From a virus, in IMG/VR virus record IMGVR_UViG_3300020473_000024, positions 21,012-85,011 of that record: a stretch of 64,000 nt of DNA; one strand, given 5' to 3'. The notes beneath the pieces are model-generated. The model had not been told where the DNA came from and searched no databases. It saw only the letters and a list, made by a program, of their open reading frames with translations. Below are positions 39,719 to 45,686 of this stretch, piece after piece. Position 1 is the first letter of the stretch. Every line of letters begins with the position of its first letter. A program made the position numbers and the translations under genes.

Positions 39719-40476
39719 CAGTCCTCCATATAAATATCTGTTATAAACTTAGATAAATCACTACGCATGTTATGACTACTATCCATTTCAATATAACCCA
39801 CTGTGTCTCTATATTTACTGAACCTCACACCGTGGTCTTCGTAAGTCACCCTATGCACTAAGTCAGCAAGACCATCTTTTCTGTGTGATACTGAGTACCT
39901 TTGTCGAGAATCACCAACAACAACAACCTTACTACCAACACCAGCCCTTTCCATACATAGCTTGAGAGTTTGAGGAGACATTGTTTGTGCCTCTTCGATT
40001 ATAATAAGTGTGTCATCTATCGTGCTACCTAAGAGGTAGTTCGGGACGTCTATTACTATGTTAAAGTTAGACATATCATTTTCCAACTTGTTTGCTGGCA
40101 TAAACTGAAGGAACAGTTTTTTCATACTTTCAATATGAGCTGTAAGTTTATCTTTTTTATCCCCTGACAAGAACCCAATCTTATCGTCCCCAGCTTCGGT
40201 AGGGTTCTTAATAAGCATCACCTTTCTATAAACCCCTTCCTTATAATCACACAGGGCTTTATAGATAACCGTACTACTTTTACCACAACCACTAGGGGCA
40301 TTAACTATAACAAGCTCTTTATCATTGATAGCTTCCACAATATCTTGTTGCCGACCTTCAGGGCAATACCAAGATAAATCCCAACCTGTGTTCTTACTTA
40401 AGTCTCTCAACTGACCCTCTGCCTCTTTTCTCTTTTGAGTTCTTTTCCTATTTCTACCACCGCTAGGTTTACCCAT
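39718..40476 (-). CDS. phoH: PhoH-like ATPase
   Basis: APSGCGKS, IGFLSG, IIEEAQ, VVGDSRQ, RS. Confidence 0.85.
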   Translation of the reverse strand: MGKPSGGRNRKRTQKRKEAEGQLRDLSKNTGWDLSWYCPEGRQQDIVEAINDKELVIVNAPSGCGKSSTVIYKALCDYKEGVYRKVMLIKNPTEAGDDKIGFLSGDKKDKLTAHIESMKKLFLQFMPANKLENDMSNFNIVIDVPNYLLGSTIDDTLIIIEEAQTMSPQTLKLCMERAGVGSKVVVVGDSRQRYSVSHRKDGLADLVHRVTYEDHGVRFSKYRDTVGYIEMDSSHNMRSDLSKFITDIYMED

Positions 40477-40483
40477 AAGTCTC

Positions 40484-41059
40484 CTAAATATCTAAGAAAG
40501 TAGTGCGTTTACGCAACCAACCATATAAGAAGTGTTCATTTTTCTGATTATCTTCTACCAGACTTAAATAATACTCACCCTGTACAGAGTTTAACAGGTT
40601 AAATAAGATCTTCTCTCCTTCTTGGCTACCTCTTGATTCCAAGAAGTAAGTAAGGGATGCTTTTGTTCGACTCCCCATAACACCATCTACAACAATATCG
40701 GGATAGTCTCTCTCCTGTCTGTTAAGACCATTTAAACACCTTTGGAGCATCTTAACAGCTGTAGGTGTCCCACAGTTAACCCCAGTATCAAATACTTCTT
40801 TAGTAATAAGTCGAGAGTGAGGGAGGAGTAGGTCGAGATTAGGTTTATAAAAATAAACAGATACATAAATATCTCTAGCTGTAGATAAAGGCAAATCTTT
40901 CATACGCCCTGTGTAACCATACTGCCTTGCGGTTCTTTCGGTTATACCATACTTCGTAGCCCCTCCTGAATCTAAGGGGTCATTAGAATACAAGCCCTCT
41001 TTGTCGATAGTTTCATTTACGAAAAGTTGGACAAACTTAGGGGAACTTTTATAAGACAT
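40484..41059 (-). CDS. Endolysin, glycoside hydrolase family 108 with peptidoglycan-binding domain
   Basis: EGLYSNDPLDSGGATKYGIT, FDTGVNCG, DGVMG..T, FLYGW; AGGAG RBS before MSYKS. Confidence 0.88.
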   Translation of the reverse strand: MSYKSSPKFVQLFVNETIDKEGLYSNDPLDSGGATKYGITERTARQYGYTGRMKDLPLSTARDIYVSVYFYKPNLDLLLPHSRLITKEVFDTGVNCGTPTAVKMLQRCLNGLNRQERDYPDIVVDGVMGSRTKASLTYFLESRGSQEGEKILFNLLNSVQGEYYLSLVEDNQKNEHFLYGWLRKRTTFLDI

Positions 41060-41105
41060 ATCTTCTCCTGTGAGGTGGATTATACCAGTATAAGTATAAG
41101 AAGAG

Positions 41106-41182
41106 TGGTGGGTCGAGAGGGATTTGAACCCCCGATCCACTCGTTAAAAGCGAGTTGCCTTACCAGACTTGGCTATCGACCC
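41106..41182 (-). tRNA. tRNA-Lys(TTT)
   Basis: Cloverleaf, ACTCG-CTTTTAA-CGAGT, encoded CCA. Confidence 0.93.
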
Positions 41183-41187
41183 TGATT

Positions 41188-41262
41188 TGGAGCTTGCTGG
41201 GGGTTACGATCCCCCGACCTCTGCTTGGAAGGCAGATATTTTACCAATTAAACTAAGCAAGC
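41188..41262 (-). tRNA. tRNA-Gly(TCC), atypical T-loop ATCGTAA
   Basis: GCTTGCT/AGCAAGC acceptor, TCTGC-CTTCCAA-GCAGA, U73, CCA. Confidence 0.85.
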
Positions 41263-41267
41263 CAATG

Positions 41268-41344
41268 TGGTGCGCCAAGGCGGTTATGATCCGCTCCTAC
41301 TCCTAGTTATGAGCTAGTTGCTTTCCCGATTAAGCTATTGGCGC
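41268..41344 (-). tRNA. tRNA with CAT anticodon (elongator Met or Ile2), atypical T-loop ATCATAA
   Basis: GCGCCAA/TTGGCGC acceptor, CTAG-CTCATAA-CTAG, CCA. Confidence 0.8.
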
Positions 41345-41349
41345 GAAAA

Positions 41350-41425
41350 TGGTAGTGGTGGCAGGAATCGAACCTGCGACACGTAGATTATCGGTCTACT
41401 GTTCTACCAGCTGAACTACACCACT
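41350..41425 (-). tRNA. tRNA-Ile(GAT) with C33
   Basis: GTAGA-CCGATAA-TCTAC, TTCGATT, CCA. Confidence 0.88.
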
Positions 41426-41429
41426 GGAT

Positions 41430-41506
41430 TGGCTGAGGTGGAGGGATTCGAACCCCCGACCATCTGCTTAGAAGGCAGATGCTCTATCCAACTGAGCTAC
41501 ACCCCA
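41430..41506 (-). tRNA. tRNA-Arg(TCT)
   Basis: TCTGC-CTTCTAA-GCAGA, A20, CCA; starts immediately after the upstream stop codon. Confidence 0.93.
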
Positions 41507-42916
41507 TTAAACTAAAAATACTGGATCATACCGAGAATCTAGAACAGTTTCGTACATGATATCCAAAGGACTCACCACCTTAGAAGATAACACTGATCTC
41601 ATAATAGATGGGCTAAATCCACTTACTAAAGCTGTACCATTATCTTGCTTCTGGACAGGGTAGTTCTCTTGTCGAGAGCAGACATTCCAGAAAATTAAGT
41701 CAGGTCTTTTATAACCAGCTTTCTCAAACATCTTATCAATAGTGGCGAAGTTAGTCATCCCACCACAAGCACAATCAAATTCCATGTCACTGATGATCAT
41801 AATCTTATTAGGAAGTTCACTTTGGTCTAAACCATGCTTTACAGCCGATTCCAGTACAAGTTGAAATACAGCGATCAAGTTTGTATTGAAACCCCAATCC
41901 GAGTTGTATAGAGATCGAAGTTTACTATATAGCTTATCTCCTTTAACATTCTGTAAAGAAGGTCTTTCAGAGAAAGTAATAAACTTATTGTTAAACTTAC
42001 CTTCGATACGTTCTGATAGATAAAGACCTAAGCTAACAGCAACATCCATAGCCGTTGTACTACCACTAACTTTGATGTGCATACTCCCAGAGGTGTCAAC
42101 CACAGGAAGAATGCTAAAACTCTCTCCTTCAAAGTAATCTGGAAGGGCTTCCCACTGTTCGTTCGCGGCTGTTGTATTACCACCTTCTCGCATACTTTTA
42201 ATAATATCGTAAGGATATACCGCCCCAGCGTTAATCTTAGCCTCACCTTTACTAAGCTTATCTAAGTAGCTTCTGTAACGATTCTCATCATTACGTAAGA
42301 AAGATTTTTGATATCGAGCCGAAGCTACTGAAGGTACATGCTCATAGTTGATCTTGTCAAACTCTTTAGCACACATTTTTTGTTCCACAGTATCGCTCAA
42401 GCTAGACAGCATCTTACGGTACTCTTTTGAGCGAAGCCCCATGTGTTTACGTAGCAGTACAGCATAATCTCGTTTAGCTGACTTCTCACGAGGACACCAT
42501 TTAGCGGCTAGCGCACTACCTTCTTTAAGCTTTGAGGCATAAAAAGAAAGCATAGCCTCTTCTAAATCCGTACCAACAAACGTAAACAGATTATCATAGC
42601 GAGTCAACTCAACAACCTTGTCAAAAAGTTCTGTAGTGTTAAGGTCTTCTGTCAACTCTGGTAGAAGTTTAACAAGGTCTTTAAAAATTTGTCTTTCACC
42701 AGCTCCTTGGCGCACATCACCAGCCCATAAAAGAATACGGGTGGCTAATCCTTTATCCTCATTCCAAGCTCGTACAAACTTGTGATCGATATTCTTACCG
42801 CGAGAAGCCCCGATAGTAGCGAATAGATCTAAATTAGCGTCTAAGCTCGAAGAATTAGTGATAGCCCCGTTTTCAGTACGAGACATACCTGTTTGCATAG
42901 CATCAAATAATTCCAT
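41507..42916 (-). CDS. TROVE/Ro60-like helical domain plus vWA protein (DUF2828-type), 469 aa
   Basis: TENGA, DVRQGAGER, LAAKWCPRE, VPSVA; MIDAS DTSGSM, T, SDMEFD, FWNV, SGFS; AGGAGG RBS before ATG 42916. Confidence 0.8.
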   Translation of the reverse strand: MELFDAMQTGMSRTENGAITNSSSLDANLDLFATIGASRGKNIDHKFVRAWNEDKGLATRILLWAGDVRQGAGERQIFKDLVKLLPELTEDLNTTELFDKVVELTRYDNLFTFVGTDLEEAMLSFYASKLKEGSALAAKWCPREKSAKRDYAVLLRKHMGLRSKEYRKMLSSLSDTVEQKMCAKEFDKINYEHVPSVASARYQKSFLRNDENRYRSYLDKLSKGEAKINAGAVYPYDIIKSMREGGNTTAANEQWEALPDYFEGESFSILPVVDTSGSMHIKVSGSTTAMDVAVSLGLYLSERIEGKFNNKFITFSERPSLQNVKGDKLYSKLRSLYNSDWGFNTNLIAVFQLVLESAVKHGLDQSELPNKIMIISDMEFDCACGGMTNFATIDKMFEKAGYKRPDLIFWNVCSRQENYPVQKQDNGTALVSGFSPSIMRSVLSSKVVSPLDIMYETVLDSRYDPVFLV

Positions 42917-42932
42917 AAATCCTCCTAAATTC

Positions 42933-42982
42933 TGAATGTGTTTTGCTTCCATATCGCGGATTTGTTTTGCTGTATACATTCA
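42933..42982 (-). ncRNA. UACAGCAA module 1 (stem-loop directly upstream of the vWA gene RBS)
   Basis: TGAATGT/ACATTCA stem, TACAGCAA, inner TCC-GCGATAT-GGA. Confidence 0.6.
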
Positions 42983-42994
42983 TCCAATTAAAAC

Positions 42995-43048
42995 AGTGTT
43001 GCTTTTTCTTTTTATCCCATAAAAGTATAAAGTTGCTGTAACAACACT
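42995..43048 (-). ncRNA. UACAGCAAC module 2
   Basis: AGTGTTGT/GCAACACT stem, TACAGCAAC, inner CTTTT-ATGGGAT-AAAAAG. Confidence 0.65.
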
Positions 43049-43054
43049 TCAGAC

Positions 43055-43113
43055 AGGATGCTATACATAGTTTGATTAAAAGTCAAATTGTGTAAAGTTG
43101 CTGTAAGCATCCT
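43055..43113 (-). ncRNA. UACAGCAAC module 3 with a tRNA-Lys(UUU)-like anticodon stem-loop
   Basis: AGGATGCT/AGCATCCT stem, TACAGCAAC, inner TTTGA-CTTTTAA-TCAAA. Confidence 0.7.
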
Positions 43114-43202
43114 CTCGGAAAAGCTGTTAAGCCTAACACTGAAAAGTTGAGGTGAACCACATCCCTCTTACCCCGTGGTAACATCGGGTTTTAAATATAT
43201 TG

Positions 43203-43317
43203 TTGAGGGGGCTGGATTCGAACCAGCGACCAACGGCTTATCATGCGAGTATAGTTGCTGTAATTATACTTAACAGTATAAATATTACGTTGCTCTACCA
43301 AACTGAGCTACCCCTCA
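43203..43317 (-). ncRNA. tRNA-Ile(GAT)-like RNA with 41-nt UACAGCAAC insert in the anticodon stem (module 4)
   Basis: TGAGGGG/CCCCTCA acceptor, GCTC-AGTTTGGTA-GAGC D arm, GCTGG-TTCGAAT-CCAGC T arm; ACG[insert 43287-43247]GC-ATGATAA-GCCGT; no encoded CCA. Confidence 0.8.
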
Positions 43318-43324
43318 AAAATAT

Positions 43325-43507
43325 ACCCTACACTAACGCAGTAGGCTCGGAATGTTTGGTAACAGAGCTAACCATTCTTAGCTCCGCATGGGTGTAGCTA
43401 TTAGGCTACTGCCGCCATGTGGTATGTACTATCGTTTGCATTTATAACGATTAGTCATAGTTGCTGTAGGGACGACGACCCCCACCGATGTCTTCTCAGA
43501 ACATCGA
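43325..43507 (-). ncRNA. Module 5: UACAGCAAC RNA carrying a tmRNA-like tag reading frame
   Basis: ATAAAT|GCA AAC GAT AGT ACA TAC CAC ATG GCG GCA GTA GCC TAA TAG; stops in hairpin GTAGC-CTAATA-GCTAC; downstream pseudoknot GGAGCTAA/TTAGCTCT plus GAATG/CATTC. Confidence 0.65.
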
Positions 43508-43512
43508 GAAAT

Positions 43513-43540
43513 ATACTAACATACTAAATTTATTTGTCAA
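43513..43540 (-). promoter_or_regulatory. Sigma70-type promoter driving the RNA array, vWA gene and tRNA cluster
   Basis: TTGACA-16 nt-TAGTAT with TG extension. Confidence 0.6.
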
Positions 43541-43560
43541 TACATTTTTCGATATTTTTA

Positions 43561-43713
43561 GAAGCTGGAGCTTCACTGAGATACAGGCTCTCCACTCCGT
43601 AACTTTCCTGTATTGCTTCATTAAACCCTATAAACACGCATTATAGGTTGCGGTAGGACTTTTATATCCCGACCCTGCGTATCGGTTTGAGGTATCCGCT
43701 AGTGGATAACTTC
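43561..43713 (-). ncRNA. Unknown structured RNA, about 150 nt
   Basis: Ends GAAGTT/AGCTTC pair; hairpins TATCC/GGATA, CCTATAA/TTATAGG, ATACAGG/CCTGTAT; no ORF; own promoter. Confidence 0.5.
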
Positions 43714-43722
43714 AATACATCT

Positions 43723-43750
43723 ATTTTACCACAACATCACTAGTTGTCAA
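43723..43750 (-). promoter_or_regulatory. Sigma70-type promoter
   Basis: TTGACA-16 nt-TAAAAT with TGTGG before -10. Confidence 0.7.
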
Positions 43751-43760
43751 CCACTTTTTG

Positions 43761-43952
43761 CTAAAAAGTTAAAGTTGCTTGCTTACCTTGTTTCCGAAGT
43801 CGATAGAGTCGCTTCATTTCTTTGTAAAACAAACGCTGACAGCTATCCAACTCTACTGTACCGTTAAGATCAGCTGTGTATTTAACAACAGGTTGTGTTT
43901 TGGTATAAGAGTGAGCTAATTTACGTAATTCACGCGCTTTCTTCCCGTTCAT
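43761..43952 (-). CDS. Small basic hypothetical protein
   Basis: MNGKKARELRK...; TAATG coupling. Confidence 0.6.
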   Translation of the reverse strand: MNGKKARELRKLAHSYTKTQPVVKYTADLNGTVELDSCQRLFYKEMKRLYRLRKQGKQATLTF

Positions 43953-44446
43953 TAACCAAGCTCCTTGAGGTGGTTGATAACAATCATGTCATACTCACCT
44001 TCATCTAAAGGGTTTGCTACTAAGACTTCTTCCAGATCCGAAAAGGTTAGGTCAAACTTCTCGCAAACAGTTCCCATAAAGAATCCTGAAAACTCCGAGG
44101 AGTTAGCCTCTGCTACAGATTTTATCTGGGCTGTTAAGAGGCAACCTTTAAGCACCTCAACCAAATCTTCTTTGGTGACAGAGTTTGACTCAGCCTTGAC
44201 ATCTAGAACAGCGTTAAAAACAATTTCAAGAGCGTCTTGAGAGCCACCCACCTCCTCTTCAAGTTCTTCAAAGAAACTACGAGGATTGTCTGAGAATCCT
44301 TTCTCTTTACGACCCAACATTAGCCCACAAACAGCTGTGGCTAAGTCATTGTAAGCTGATCGAAAACTATCATATTCAAAAGGAGTAGAAAAACATTCCA
44401 TCACTAATTTAAGATCTTTAGCATACTTGTTTAAAATAGTGCTCAT
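43952..44446 (-). CDS. Acidic hypothetical protein
   Basis: Packed in operon; N-terminus resembles 44448..44711. Confidence 0.65.
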   Translation of the reverse strand: MSTILNKYAKDLKLVMECFSTPFEYDSFRSAYNDLATAVCGLMLGRKEKGFSDNPRSFFEELEEEVGGSQDALEIVFNAVLDVKAESNSVTKEDLVEVLKGCLLTAQIKSVAEANSSEFSGFFMGTVCEKFDLTFSDLEEVLVANPLDEGEYDMIVINHLKELG

Positions 44447-44447
44447 A

Positions 44448-44711
44448 TTACACCACCGTTTCTGTGATTAACTTGTATAGGTTTCCGATATTTGGCTCAC
44501 CATAAACTTCTTTAACAGCTTCAACCACTGGCTCTAACACCGTGTTACCAAAACTATTTTCATCACTAACAACGTCTTTAGCAAGGAGATAACCAAAAGC
44601 ACTTGCCTGTAGATTATCGTAAGCTACTGAGAAATCGGTGATATCTTCAACACTTCCGATGCTCATTAACAATTTCATTGTCTCGATGTAAGATTTAACA
44701 TTAGTATCCAT
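44448..44711 (-). CDS. Hypothetical protein
   Basis: GGAGG RBS. Confidence 0.6.
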   Translation of the reverse strand: MDTNVKSYIETMKLLMSIGSVEDITDFSVAYDNLQASAFGYLLAKDVVSDENSFGNTVLEPVVEAVKEVYGEPNIGNLYKLITETVV

Positions 44712-45270
44712 TTAACTTGTCCTCCAGTTGTTTAATAAGTTTTTTGACTCCAATGTTCGTATCCACTTTAAAGTCAAATGTCTCGAATGTCAAGAGATAT
44801 TTTTTAAGCCACTCTTTAAATTCAGCCGCCTTCATCTCTTTAGCTGACTCTTCGATAGTTGCCATGTCAGGTAAGTTAGGTACATCCTTCAGGCTTTCCT
44901 CTTTGTCAACAACAACCATATTACCACAATCTTCTTCACTGTCAATAGTTTTTTCAAAATTTTCTTTCTTTACAACTTCCAATGTGACAGGAGAGAAGAA
45001 AGAGTTCTCACCAATATCTTGTTTCAACTTGTTGATGGTCTTTTCCATGTCAACTTTAACACCACTTTGTCCATGCTGGTATAAGGCATACATCAGATGC
45101 TCAATACCGTTATAGGTGTCATACTCTCCACCAACATAGTAAATCTTAGGGTAATAGTGGTTTGTACGAGGCAGATTACCAACACTACCAATCAAAACAC
45201 GATCAAAGTATTTATCCGCTTCAAACACCATTTCTAACAAACTTTTCATATTCAAAACTAATTTTTCCAT
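44701..45270 (-). CDS. Hypothetical protein
   Basis: AGGAGG RBS; promoter-like TTGACA...TAACCT upstream. Confidence 0.7.
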   Translation of the reverse strand: MEKLVLNMKSLLEMVFEADKYFDRVLIGSVGNLPRTNHYYPKIYYVGGEYDTYNGIEHLMYALYQHGQSGVKVDMEKTINKLKQDIGENSFFSPVTLEVVKKENFEKTIDSEEDCGNMVVVDKEESLKDVPNLPDMATIEESAKEMKAAEFKEWLKKYLLTFETFDFKVDTNIGVKKLIKQLEDKLNGY

Positions 45271-45381
45271 ATATCCTCCTTAAGTTAAGTCTACAAAAGG
45301 TTACTCCATAAGTAACAAACTGTCAACCCCCTGTAACCAAATATAGTGACATCTGGGATTGTAACCTTATTTAATTACATG

Positions 45382-45670
45382 TCTTGACAAGACAAAAGAC
45401 ATGATACCCTATAGATCTAATAGTCTATTAGCATATAAATATACTAATATCCTATAAGATCTATAAAACAAACAATATATAGATCTAATAATCTATTAAT
45501 ATCTATCTGTATAAATAAATTTATACATCTATCTATTAATATCTTATAAGATCTATATAATAGATATTGATTTTAACATGTGTTTTTTGTTCTGTCAAGT
45601 GTTTTATGAAAAATTTTTATGAATTGTTTGTTTGACTTGTTGGTTTTGTTCTGTTATGTTGTGTTGTTAC
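45382..45670 (+). other. Promoter-like box plus AT-rich AGATCT repeats plus T-rich stretch, candidate origin
   Basis: TCTTGACA...TGATACCCTAT then four AGATCT-centred units and TCTATTA repeats. Confidence 0.4.
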
Positions 45671-45686
45671 AACTGATTGAGGAGGA

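Noticed and set aside
41060-41140. N-terminal extension of the endolysin in the ORF track
   Set aside because: Overlaps tRNA-Lys; RBS supports ATG at 41059.
42917-42979. N-terminal 21-aa extension of the vWA protein
   Set aside because: Runs through RNA module 1; strong AGGAGG precedes ATG 42916.
43200-43397. 65-aa plus-strand ORF
   Set aside because: Antisense to the tRNA-like RNA, no RBS; typical tRNA shadow ORF.
42933-43470. CRISPR array interpretation of the recurring GTTGCTGTA motif
   Set aside because: Shared sequence is only 8-9 nt, spacing is irregular (65 to about 205 nt), intervening sequences are self-complementary, and no cas genes are recognisable.
43203-43713. Complete canonical or two-piece tmRNA gene (ssrA)
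   Set aside because: No tRNA-like domain with G3.U70 and CCA found; the neighbouring tRNA-like RNA has A3-U70 and a full D arm.
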